A stretch of DNA of 64,000 nt from Octopus sinensis (lineage: Eukaryota). Below, piece by piece: positions 25,201 to 37,900 of the stretch. The stretch is taken from positions 75,392,001 through 75,456,000 of the forward strand of contig NC_043007.1 in assembly GCF_006345805.1 (NCBI RefSeq). Direction: 5' to 3'. How positions within the stretch are numbered: position 1 is the first letter of the stretch; each line of letters opens with the position of its first letter. Under the pieces are notes generated by a model. It made no database searches. It had not been told where the DNA came from and worked only from the letters and a program-made list of their open reading frames with translations. The position numbers and the translations under genes were made by a program.

Positions 25201-27125
25201 TCATCATCATCATCATCAACATCGTTTAGTGTCCGCTTTCCATGCTAGCATGGGTTGGACTGTTCAACTGGGGACTGGGAAGCCAGAAGACTGCACTAGG
25301 CCCAGTCTGATCTGGCAATGTTTCTACGGCTGGATGCCCTTCCTAACGCCAACCACTCCATGAGTGTAGTGGGTGCCTTTTAGGTGCCACCGGCACGGGG
25401 GCCAGGCGGGGCTGGCAACGGCCACGAACGGATGGTTCTTTTTAAGTGCCACCGGCACGAGGCCAGTCGGAGCGGCGCTGGCAACGGCCACGTTCGGATG
25501 CTTCTCTTACGTGCCACAGGCACTGGTATCACAGCTGCAATTTCTATTGATGTTGATCGATTTCGATTCTCACTTGCCTCAACAGCTTCACAAGTAGTGT
25601 TTTGTGTCCCAAGAAGGAAAGGTATGCATAAGTGGACTGGCACATCTCATGTAGAGGCCACGGGTTATGGTTTTCACTTGTCGTCCAGGTCTTCTCACAC
25701 ACAGCACACTTCCAAGGTCTCAGTCTCTAGTCATTTCCTCAGTAAGACCTAAGTTCGAAGGTCGTGCTTCACCACCTCGTCCCAGGTTTCCTGGGTCTGC
25801 CTCTACCACAGGTTCCCTCAACCGCTAGGATGTGGCACTTTTTTCACACAACTATCTTCATCCATTCTCGCAACATGACCATACCAGCACAAACATCTCT
25901 CTTGCACACCACACAACTGATGCTTCTTAGTTCAGCTTTTCTCCAAGGTACTAACGCTCTGTCGAGTATGAACACTGACATACACATCCATCGGAGCACA
26001 CTGGCTTCATTTCTTGCGAGCTTATGCATATCCTCAGCAGTCACGGCCCATGTTTCACTACCATGTAGCATGGCTGTTTGTACACATGCGTCACACAGTC
26101 TGCCTTTTACTCTGAGCGAGAGGCTTTTGTGTCACCAGCAGGGGTAAGAGCTCTCTGAACTTTGCCCAAGCTATTCTTACTCTAGCAGTTACACTTTCAG
26201 CACTACTGCCCCCGCTACTGACTTGGTCACCTAGGTAACGGAAGCTATCAACTATTTCTAGTTTTTTCTCCCAGGAATGTGGCAGAAGTTGGTGTCAGAG
26301 CATTTTCAGTGTTTATTGCTCCTGAGCATCTGCCACATACAAAAACTATCTTCCTAGTTAGCCTTCCTTTGACATTGCTACACCTCTTATGTGTCCATAG
26401 CTTACACTGGGTACATCTTATAGAGTTTCTACCTATGCCTTTTCTACAGATCGAGCAGGGCCATCTACTGAAGGCGTTTGTGGTTTGCCTGCCTTCCTAC
26501 TTATTAGGACTTTGGTTTTTAGCTAGATTGACTCTAAGGCCCTTCGATTCTAATCCTTGTTTCCATACCTGAAACTTCTCTAGTTCTGATAGTAACTCAG
26601 CAATTAGAGCAAGGTCGTCAGTGGAGAGGAGCTCTCAGTGACATCCTGTCTTGAATTCCTCTGTTATTGCCTGGAGGACTATGATAAATTGGAGGGGGCT
26701 AAAGACTGAACCTTGGTGGACCCCTACCTCTACCCGGAATTCTTCACTGTACTCGTTGCCAACACTCACCTTACTAGCGGCATCCGTGTACATGGCTCAC
26801 ACAGCTCTCACTAACACCATTCATCTACCCTAGTTTCCTCATTGACCACCAGATAAGGGATCAGGGGACCCTGTCGAAGGCTTTCTCCATGTCAACAAAA
26901 GCCAGGTACAGGGCTTATCTTTGGCTAGGTATTTCTCCTGCAGCTGCCTTACCAGGAATATAGCATCAGCTTTCCCTGGCACGACCCAAACAACTGCATC
27001 TCATCTAACTAACTCTCTCTCTAATTAGTTGGGCTATGACCCTCTCCGTAACCTTCATTACCTGATCCAACAGCTTGATACCTCTGTAATTATTTGTATC
27101 TAGGCGTCACCTTTACCTTTGTAGC
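25200..27125 (-). mobile_element. RTE-clade LINE, 5'-truncated and degenerate
   Basis: RT (GVHQGSVFSP..., LDSNRRAL), MLHGSETW, GTCGRGRPRKTWDEVV, then 3'UTR and (gat)n tail. Confidence 0.9.
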
Positions 27126-27129
27126 AGTT

Positions 27130-27144
27130 ACTATATATATATAT

Positions 27145-27189
<45 letters not shown>

Positions 27190-27208
27190 TACTATATATA
27201 TATATATG

Positions 27209-27267
<59 letters not shown>

Positions 27268-27390
27268 TATATGTACATATATATATATAATATATATGTA
27301 TATATATATATATATATAGCACACAACACACACATATATATATATGTATATAAATATAATATATATGTATATATCTATATTATATATTGA
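27130..27390. repeat. (AT)n microsatellite
   Basis: Direct inspection. Confidence 0.95.
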
Positions 27391-27655
27391 GATTCAGGTG
27401 AATTGGTAACTTCGTTGAAGCACCAAGTCAATCTAATATTATCAGCACAGCTCAAGTAAGGTGATTAAATCAAAATAATCAACAGGATATCAAGTAGCGT
27501 TGCAGTACAACCCTTTAATTGAACAATACAATCATTACCTCAATTTAAATGGAGTGCCACATCAGCTGCACAAATACATAAATAGAATTTTAACGAGTTG
27601 TACACAATATAATTTTTCTGAAGAAGCCCATCATATATATATGTATATATGCATG

Positions 27656-27686
<31 letters not shown>

Positions 27687-28039
27687 GTATATGTGCATGT
27701 ACATACATACATACATATATAAATATATATATATTATATATATATATAATATATGAGGGCTTCTTTCCGTTTTTATATACCAAGTCCACAAGATGGAAGA
27801 AATTAATGTTGTTGCTATTGGAGCTAAGAATAGACTACATTTTCAAGAATCGCATGAAACCCATTGGGGTCACAGCTTTACTAATTCATATATCTCTTTA
27901 TCAACTACTAAATCTAAGACTAGAGGCCTGTGTCTGTTTACAATAAAGGACACAAGTGAGATGACAGCTCCCATTTCTTGCTCTGTTAAAGTGTTTGAGA
28001 AAAATTATATTACTGTGTTGCGGAAGTTGTTCTTTGCAC

Positions 28040-28830
28040 ATTTTCAGTGTTTATTGCTTCTGAGCATCTGAAACATACACAAATTATCTTCCCAGTTCTT
28101 TGATATTGCTGCACCTCTTATGAGTCCATAGCTTACACTGGGTACATCTTCTGGAATTTCTACCTACGCCTTATCTACAGATTGAGCAGGGCCATCTACC
28201 TGAAGGGATTTGTGGTTTGCCTGCCTTCCTACTTATTAGGACTTTGGTATTAGCTAATCCTTGTTTCCACACCTGAAACTTCTCCTTGAGTTCTGATAGT
28301 GACTCAGCAATTAGAGCAAGGTCGTCAGTATAGAGGAGCTCCCAGGGGCATCCTATCATGAATTCCTCTGTCACCGCCTGGAGGACTATGATAGGAGGGG
28401 GCTGGGGACTGAACCTTGGTGGACCCCTACCTCTACCCAGAATTCTTCACTGTACTCGTTGCCAACCCTCACCTTACTGACAGCATCCCTGTACATGGCT
28501 TGCACAGCTCTCACTAACCATTCATCTATCCCTAGTTTCCTCATTGACCACCAGATAAGGGATCAGGGGACCCTGTCAAAGGCTTTCTCCATGTCAATGA
28601 AAGCCAGGTATAGAGATATATCTTTGGCTAGGTATTTCTCCTGCAGCTGTCTTACCAGAAATATAGCATCAGTGGTGCTTTTCCCTGGCACAACCCAAAC
28701 TGCATATCATCTAAACTGACTCTCTCCCTAATTAGTTGGGCTATGACCCTCTCTGTGACCTTCCTTACCTGATCCAACGGCTTCATACCAATGTAATTAT
28801 TTGTATCTAAATCATTACTTTACCTTTGTA
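28040..28830 (-). mobile_element. RTE LINE RT fragment (similar to 26290-27120)
   Basis: ORF 28171..28374 CPWELLYTDDLALIAES; RDKYLAKDISL and VGVHQGSVPSP remnants. Confidence 0.88.
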
Positions 28831-28889
28831 GCAGTTGACGACCTTGCTCTAATTGCTACACCCATCATTTGGGTATGGCTCCTTTGTAT

Positions 28890-28891
28890 GC

Positions 28892-28945
<54 letters not shown>

Positions 28946-29284
28946 CATATATACATATATATATATATATATTATAATACATACGTAATATATAATATAT
29001 ATATATAATAATATATATATATATATACACACACACATATATATAATACATATATATATATACATATATATACATATACATATATATATACATATATATA
29101 TATACATATATATACACATATATACATATATATACATATACATATATACATATATATATATATATAATACATATATACATATATATATATACATATATAT
29201 ACATATATATATACATATATATACATATACACAATATATATATGTATATACGTATATATATATATATATATGTGTATGTGTGTG

Positions 29285-29318
<34 letters not shown>

Positions 29319-29330
29319 TATATATAGTCT
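28890..29330. repeat. (AT)n/(ATAC)n microsatellite
   Basis: Direct inspection. Confidence 0.95.
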
Positions 29331-29649
29331 ATAATTACAGCAAAGTTATTTAACTTTTTCGTTAGCAATACCAATACTAGATATATTATCTTACTCATAA
29401 ACATAAACGCATATTTAGTTTTCACATAGCTCAGTGTCTTTGTTTCTGTCATACAATCACGCATATTTACACGGGTGTTCATGGAAACATAGAATATATA
29501 CTTATATGTATAAGTGTATAAGCTTACAGCTTTGGCCATATAAAAACATGCATATGCACACACACACACACACGCACGTGCACACACACACACATTCTTT
29601 GATATACACAAATATATATGCCAAATAATTCTTTGATATTTCTTTACAG

Positions 29650-29739
29650 AAAATTGCCTACATGGTCCTTGCCATTTTGTCAGCATGTTTCTTCGCAATT
29701 GCTGGAATGACTTGTTTTAGTATTCATTCAGCATGGATT
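29650..29739 (+). CDS. MS4A-like four-TM protein, internal exon [30 protein letters not shown] (TM3-like)
   Basis: tttctttacag|...|gtaagt, 90 nt, phase 0/0, hydrophobic helix resembling the IAxMVxSIxSA segment of invertebrate MS4A/CD20-like proteins. Confidence 0.72.
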
Positions 29740-30114
29740 GTAAGTAGTATTTTAATTGAATTTTTCTGTAAAAGCGTTTTAGTACAAAGTACTTAAATGA
29801 TTTGTCTATGGAATGGGAAAATTAAATCAAAATATACAAGTTAAGACTGTTGTTAATGTTATATTGTTAAGTTACTGCTATAAATATAGTAATTTAGATA
29901 AAAAAAAAGTTCTGGATTGTTGAAAAATAGTGGTACATTTTTAATGAGGGACAAGACAATTATCCCAAAACTGATTGCTAAGAAGATTCCCAATTATTTT
30001 TATGTTTACTGAAGAGAACAATAGTATATTTTCACATCATGTTAATCTTCACAGCTAAGGCTTACTTTACACATGCTTCAGCTATTCTGAATCATGGTGT
30101 GTTCAAAATATATA

Positions 30115-30525
30115 TATCATCATCATCGTTTAGTTTCTGCTTTCCATGCTAGCATGGGTTGGGCGGTTCAACTGGGGTCTGGGAAGCCAGAAGGCAGCAC
30201 TAGGCCCATTCTGATCTGGCAATGTTTCTACGGCTGGATGCCCTTCCTAACACCAACCACTCCGTGAGTGTAGTGGGTGCTTTTTACGTGCCACCGACAC
30301 AGCTGCCAGACGAGGCTGGCAACGGCCATGATCGGATGGTGCTTTTTATGTGCCACCGGCATGGAGGCCAGTTGGGGCGGTGCTGGCAATGGCCGTGTTC
30401 GGATGGTTCTCTTACGTGCCACTGGCACTGGTATCATAGCTACAATTTCCATTGACGTTGATCGATTTCGATTTTGATCTGATTTGATTTGATTTCCACT
30501 TGCCTCAACAGGTCTTCACAAGTAG
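30115..30525 (-). mobile_element. RTE-LINE 3'UTR fragment
   Basis: Same tail sequence as 25200-25600. Confidence 0.82.
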
Positions 30526-31180
30526 AGTAAAATAATATATACATTATTTTAAAACAAAATATAGATGCATCTTAGCTGTCTAATTTCAAGAAATATGACA
30601 CATTAACTATTTTAAATTCTGTTTTGTTTTCTCTGCTAATTATTTTGCTAGTGTATCATTTTTAACAAACAATGTTTAACATTAAACATTTAGAAATCTG
30701 AAGAAAATCCTATCAATATTATCAGAAAGTGCCTCATAAGAACTTATCAAAATAAACTTTATAGAAAATAAAACAACCTTTTTAAATATTTAACAGGTGG
30801 CTGTTTTGTTTTATTTTATTTTTTTAGAAGAGCTAAGCCATCTTTCAACTAAGCAATGAAAATCACTCATAGTTTGTGGCAGAGTTTTACTTTTTACAAA
30901 AAAGATTACTTTACACTGATATATCTGAGCTTGGAATCTTGAAGTCATTGAAGCATTTTTTTTCTTTACAACTTTTTATTCTGTAAGGTTATGGTATTAA
31001 AATACATGAAAGAAAATGTTTGTAAGTGTGAATAAGTATGAAAAATAAGATACTAAGGGGAATTTGGATTTTAAAAAAATTGACAGATTTGCATACATTC
31101 AAGGTTATTACTGATTTTTTGATCAGCCCTGACATTTTCTTTCTCATTAAAATATTTTTTGTTTTTTCTTTCCTTTACAG

Positions 31181-31300
31181 CTTTACTATGGCATTTATGG
31201 CTTACATGTTTTATTTGCTTGTGCTGCATTTGTTATGAGTGTGGAATTTATTTTGGCTATTGTTTCTTCATCAATTTGCTGTTGCTGTCCAGGAACACGA
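31181..31300 (+). CDS. MS4A-like four-TM protein, exon LYYGIYGLHVLFACAAFVMSVEFILAIVSSSICCCCPGTR (TM4-like + Cys cluster)
   Basis: ttttttctttcctttacag|...|gtaagt, 120 nt, phase 0/0; ExxxAIxSSxICC pattern typical of the last TM of MS4A-like proteins. Confidence 0.78.
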
Positions 31301-33835
31301 GTAAGTTCAATATATTTTCTTTAATAATCATTTTTATTATTTCAAGAAGAAAAATTCATACCTTTTATGCCTTCTTACAATGTGTGACAGTTGCTCTTTT
31401 TAGATTGGTATCGACCAAATCTCTAAACATATTACCTCTGTACTATTTATACTCCCCACCACTGTTCCCTCTGGGTAGACCCCAATACATCTCCAACACC
31501 ATCTATTTCCCTCTCTTTTTCACTCTGTCTCTGCCTAACTATTTCTCACCTTCCTTTACCTACTGGGATAGCCTAGTATCTCATCTATAGTAAGACACCT
31601 ATCTCTGTCTCTCTTTCACACTTTCTCACCTGGCACATAGCCCATCGCTCAGTTCCACTCTCTCTCTCTACTAAGAGTCCTTGTCTTACAAGTTACTTAG
31701 CGACCCTACTGGTGCCAGTGCCACGTTAAAACTGTCCAGAACACTCTGTAAAGTGGGTTGGAGTTAGCAACTGTGTCATAGAAACTGTGCTTAAATAGAT
31801 AACTTAAGGCTAATGAAGCTCTCCAGCTTGTCAGCTCCAGTCTAACCATGCATGACAAGCCAGCATTGAAAATGGACATGAAATGATGATAATGATGATG
31901 ATGATAATGAAGGTGTGCAAATATATATATATATATATACTCTTTATTTGTGTATTAAGACTACCATTGATTTCATATTAAGAAGAAATATCTTAATCAT
32001 CATCATCATCGTTTTTTAACGTCCGCTTTCCATGCTAGCATGGTTGATAATTTCAAAACCCATATACTGTATATAAGGAATTTGGCGTATTAGCAGAGAA
32101 AGTTTAAACAAACAACTGAAAATGATGCTTTATAGATACACTTTTCAAAGTTTTTTTCTCACACATCCTCTTGCAGTGTTTGACTTTTCCTTCATTGTGA
32201 AAAGTACAATGAAGGAGGGAAGTGGGGTTAAGATATTTTTCTCTAATGCAAATTACAAATGTTTCAGAATATAGAATGATAAAATGACAGAAAATTATGA
32301 AAAAGAAAGAATATATTTTAGTAGTTGTTGCTTTTCCAAAGGCATGGTGAGTGTGTGTGGGAGGGAGTTGAGCATTTAAAAGACAGAGATTTAAAAACTT
32401 TTTGTTTTAAAATGATTCCCTCCATTGTTTTACAATGCATGAAAGAAATGGAAAATCCTGACATAGACATGGAAATTCTAACATATATGACAGGTGCTCC
32501 GAAAGTCTGCTTTTTCAGTTTCCTGTAAGGAGTGGTGGGCACAATGAATAATATTTCTGCATTTTTAACTCTGAGAAAATTAAATTTTTTACAAGTGTTC
32601 ACTTCCAAACAAAACTACATCAGCTCTAAATACATTAAAAACACTATTACATATTCAGAACACTATTTCAGAAAATCATCTCTGTTCTCTATGAGCATAC
32701 AGAAGATAATTTAGATGTGGCAAAATGAGTAAAACAAGATTAAGTAAATGCCCCTTCAATTCTCCAGAATTGCATTTGAAAAAAAAAAATTTTTTAACTC
32801 ATACACATCAATATTGATTCTTAGATACCACAAAGATCAAAAATTCAAAAAAAAAATTGTAATATCTAGGTCAAATGTAAAGAATCACAGGAAAATGGCA
32901 TGATATGAAATTATCAAAACTCAAAAATAAAAAAATTCACTGTAAAATATTCTCTATAGTTTCTTTACAATTTGCAGGAGTGACTCTCAGCAGAATTCTG
33001 GTTTAGGTACCCCTTATAACCTTATGTAATCTTTTTATAATTTTTGGAATTTCAGAAAATTTGTGCAAATTTGCATTCTTCGAAAGGGAATTCATATGAT
33101 TATGAAAAAATTTTTTTTAACTTTTCGAAATTTAAAAAGAATTATTTTATTTTTAATATTTTGAATTTTTAAAAATCACAGTTTAAAATACAGGCAGTCC
33201 AAATATTTTGCTTAAATGCTATTAAATGTATTTATAGGAAAAAGATATTGAAATACATGGATTCATCTGAGTGACAAGCTAACAAGGAAAGTTACAAGGG
33301 TAATATGGGGTGCTTGAAGCAGAATTACACCTGGTTCTGTTCCTGGTACACTTATGCACCATGACGTTAAAGAGAAGAAATTATTGAAATTAGTCATTCC
33401 TCATTTTAGCCCCAATTTAGGGTAATTCTTCAGTATGTAGTGATTAAAAAAGTAAAAAAATTAAAGGGGAAATAACAACTAGGAACTATGGGAAGCCTAA
33501 ATGATGGTATGTACACTCAAGAAGTGATTGTACATCAGAACTTTGTCAATCCAACAAATAATGGACTTTTTTACTTCTTTATCTGTTATTGTTTCTGTTT
33601 CTAATTCAGTGAGTTCCTCATTAAACTGCTAAGTTTATAATGCAATAACTATTCTACACCCTTCAGTTTTACTTCTAATTAAAGAGTATTAGCCAATTCC
33701 ATGTGTGTGAGTGTGTTTGTGTGTGGTGTAAGTAATTATATGTCTATTGAAAGAAATAGTAAAAAAGTTGCTTCTAAGCAAAAATATTTTACTCTTAAAG
33801 GGATTTAATCAGTTAAAAATTTATATATTTTACAG

Positions 33836-33943
33836 GTTGTACAAACTACTAGTAATGTTGTTGTCATGCAATCCGGCCAGGCGTCCACTGTTCCTCCAGT
33901 ATATATACCTCAAGCATACCCGCAGGGAAATGCAATGACATAA
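33836..33943 (+). CDS. MS4A-like four-TM protein, terminal exon VVQTTSNVVVMQSGQASTVPPVYIPQAYPQGNAMT*
   Basis: ttttacag| acceptor, phase 0, Q/P/Y-rich tail, TAA at 33941-33943, AATAAA at 34090-34095. Confidence 0.72.
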   Translation, partial: VVQTTSNVVVMQSGQASTVPPVYIPQAYPQGNAMT

Positions 33944-34250
33944 AATTTACATATTTTGTTAAACTGAGAATTTTTTAAGAACAATATATATTTTAAAACT
34001 TACCAGTGTTTGTATTCAAATTTAAAAATGTCTATTCTGCAAAACTAACCAAGATATTCTAAATCAATCTACCTATTATATTGTCTTACAATAAAAGCTT
34101 TGTGGCATACTAATACAACTACAATCCCTTTGTATTCAAATGTTTGAGTTAATAGACCTTGGCAACTTTATTTCATTTTCACATATACAAAAGTAACCCT
34201 ATTGATATAGCTTTCTGTATAACTACTGTTTAATACTAAATGTCTTTTGA

Positions 34251-34386
34251 CCCTTTGAGCCCGTAGCACTGGTTTACCAGTGGATGGCTTATTTTTCTCT
34301 GTATTGTAGCAGTGCTCTACCAGTGGAGTGCATCAAGAAGCCAGGCATATTATCAAATAAGATTCAAGAGGTCAGGACTCAAAGGG
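34251..34386. mobile_element. piggyBac-like MITE
   Basis: ttga|ccctttgagccc ... ggactcaaaggg|ttaa; 12-bp TIR with one mismatch. Confidence 0.7.
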
Positions 34387-34929
34387 TTAAACTGTGTTCT
34401 ATGATTTTTTGTGTTGTTTGCCTTTAACATTGTCCTTATTTTGCTACCTTCACTGAACCAACCATTTATTATTTTTGTTGCATGGCTCTTTTTTAAATCA
34501 TCCAATAAAACGTTTACCACCTTTTATTTCTATGATGTCTCATTCTTCATAACTTATTATTGTATTAGCAATGCACCCCAGTGTTGCCCAGGTGTTATGA
34601 CCTACAGCCACATAGTATTATTTGTTCCTTTCTTATGGGCAGAATCGACACATGAGGAGTATGAAGCAAACAAATTTTCTTTATAAACATGTTTGTCAGT
34701 CATTTTCTGATGAACAATACTGCAGTTTCTGTCTACCAAATTCAGTCACAAGTCTATGGTTGGCCTGGGGCTATAGTAGGAAACACTTGCCCATGGTACC
34801 ATGCAGAGGGACTGAATATTGAGAAACAAACTTCTCGACCACACACTCAATCTTGCACCTAGCATGTATGTGCATGTGTTTTTCATTAGTTGTTAAATTG
34901 TGTATTGTGTCCCACTATGTCTTGAAGTT

Positions 34930-37900
34930 AGCAATTCATCAAGCTAACAATAAAAGTATGCAATGGGTCTGCTATATCAGAGGCAAGATGAACACAAACC
35001 CAACAAAACAAAAGTAAAGGAGAACGAAGAGTCAAAGAAAGGAAAGAAGAAACAATCGAAAATACTGGTAAGAAATGGAGGACCCCCCAACAGAAGCTAT
35101 AGGAGTTGAAGGGCAAAAGCAGGAGCACTCACAAATTCTACCTGCAAGGACACTGCTGGTACATGATTATTGTGCAAACTGTCGCTTTGCACACCAGAAG
35201 GTCTGCAAAAACCACATGGGCCCCAGACAACACTCCCTTCCCTGAGGAGGACAAAAGGAAAGGCAATAGAAATGTAAAAATAGTGCACTGTCTACCTCCG
35301 GAAGATGATATGCAGATGTAGTGCATGACCAAGCAAACGGCCAGCTTCACCCAGACGTGAAAAGGGCAGCAGCTGAACAGCAATCTTTTTTGTGCATGAT
35401 ACAAAAGATTGTCCAGCAACTGACCTGGCTTCAAACCCAAACCAGGAGCTATGCCTGCCACCACACAAGGCCATCACCAACAACAGATACAGAATGGTCC
35501 ACCACTAACACCAACACACATATCACAAAGATATTTCTTTTGCATATAGGTTGTTGCATGGCAACTGTAAATCAAAATCTTGTTCCTGAGAGACCTTGTG
35601 CATGCAATTAAGCTTTATGCATGGCACTTGTAGAAATGCATCTTAGACTTGATATAGGGGATGCAGAAATACATCTATTAGAATATGTTGTCATATTCTA
35701 ATTCAGTGTGTGACACTCAAATTGAACACATATGACAACTTAATTTTGTTATATGTACTACATATCACCCACCAGATGCTCCGAGTCATACGGGCAAATT
35801 TGAAGACTACCTAACAAAGATAAGAGAAGTTCTCATCAAACTGGAACAACACATTAATGTATTCCTTTTAGGTGACATTAACTTCCCAAACATGGGATGG
35901 CCTGGAGGCCAGATTCCCCCAAGAATGACACGCTAACAGCAAGCACAGGCAGAGTCCCTGCTCCACCTTACCAATGCCTCTTTCATGGAACAAATTGTGC
36001 TGCAACCAACCAGATCAAATAATATACTGAATCTCTGCTTCACAAACAATAGGGACATTATCCATAATGTTAAATTGACACTGACACTGATCTTGGATCA
36101 CAATATAATAGAGCTGTCTATGTATGGTCCAAAAGCTCCTGCAGACATACAGCCTATACGAAGCACCCAAAATCTCTCCAAACTAACTACTTTCACAAAG
36201 AAAATTGGAAGCTGATTGAGAAAGAGATCCTCAAGCAGGATTGGCCTAAATGTCTCTCCACACCAGATATTGACATGAAACACAAACATTTCATGTCTAT
36301 ATTACAAGCCATATGTAACAAATCAGTCCCATTGTGCAAGGCCAACATACACCAAAACAGGATCCACAGAGAAAGGAAGATTCTTTGAGACGTTGGACAA
36401 AGATTAAGAACTGCCTGAGCAAACATCCCCAAAGTAGTGAGAAACATATGAATCAATCTCATGAAAGGAGGGAGCAAATAAAGAAGCTTGGGTTATAGAA
36501 AATATCAAGTCAAACCCTAAAGCTTTCTTTAAGTTTGACAAAGAAACAGCCTCAATATGCCACAAGACAGGACCCCTCCAAAAAGATGGCTCCCTCACAG
36601 GAAACCCCATAAGTGAAATACTGAACGAACAGTTCCAAAGTGTGTTCACTATACTGCTGGGACACAGACAAGTAAACAAACCAGCAGAACTCTTTGCCAC
36701 ATTACTTAAAACCAAAGAGGTTAAAAAATTAGTACATAAACATTGAAGAAGAAGATATAATATTGGCCATAGATGAAGTTAATACAAATTCAGTGGCTGG
36801 CTCAGATGAATATCCAGTGGTCCTACTCAAATCATGCAAGCAAGCCCTTACAAAACCACTGCAGATTCTCTTCCAGAGCTTCCATGCAAGTGGTAAACTC
36901 CCAGAAAAACTGAAGAAAGGGATAATATACCTTATCCATAAAGGGAAGAAGCAGAGCAGATGCCGAAACTATAGGCCTATCTCTCTGACCTCACACATCA
37001 GTAAAGTCATGGAATGAATAGTCTGCAAGAAACTAATCACGTTTCTAGAAGAAAATGACTTGCTGACTGACACCCCACATGGATTTCGTCCAGGTAGAAG
37101 CTGTCTGAATTTCTCCTCCTGCAACACTACACTGGGTGTTAAAACAGCTGCTGAATGACTTGAGCATGAATATGATATATCCCAACTTTGCAAAAGCCTG
37201 TGATAAAGTTGACCATGGTATGGTATGTCACAAACTGCATGATCTTGGCATATGTGGAAAACTTGGAGAATAGCTGCCCCAATTTCTAAGGGATAGATGT
37301 CAGACAGTAGTGGCCTATGGAGCCAGATCCAAAGAAATACAAATTGCAAGTGGTGTTCCATAGGGCACTGTCTTGGGGGTCACTGCTATTCATAGTGGCC
37401 CTCTCAGACATGCCCTCGACTGCACAGATAGCCATCCTTGCTAGCTATGCAGATGACACAAAAGTCTTTCAGACAATGCAAAATCCTGGAAACATTGTAC
37501 ATCTGCAATGGAAGTTGGACGCAGTATACATGTGGGCTGAGGACAACAACATGCTGTTTAATGCAAGAAAATTCCAGGCCCTACGCTACAAGCACACAAA
37601 ATTAAATGACATGCAGACAGGATACACTGGACCAAGAGAAACTGAAATCCTTGAATTAAAATTAGTGTGTGACCTGGGCATTTACATGAGCAATGATGCA
37701 TCTTTCCAAGTGCATAATACAAATTTAGTAATAAAATGCAGACAGCTAGCTGGATGGATCCTCCGAAATTTCAAAACAAGAGAAAAAGAGACTTTAGTGA
37801 TCTTTTGGAGGACATACATTCTCATCCACTTGGACTACTGCTCCCAACAATGGTCACCACACACTATAAAACCCATGGTGGAACTCGAAGCAATCCAACG

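Noticed and set aside
32318-32608. 96-aa - strand ORF and overlapping 67-aa + strand ORF
   Set aside because: No recognisable domain, no canonical start, no linked exons.
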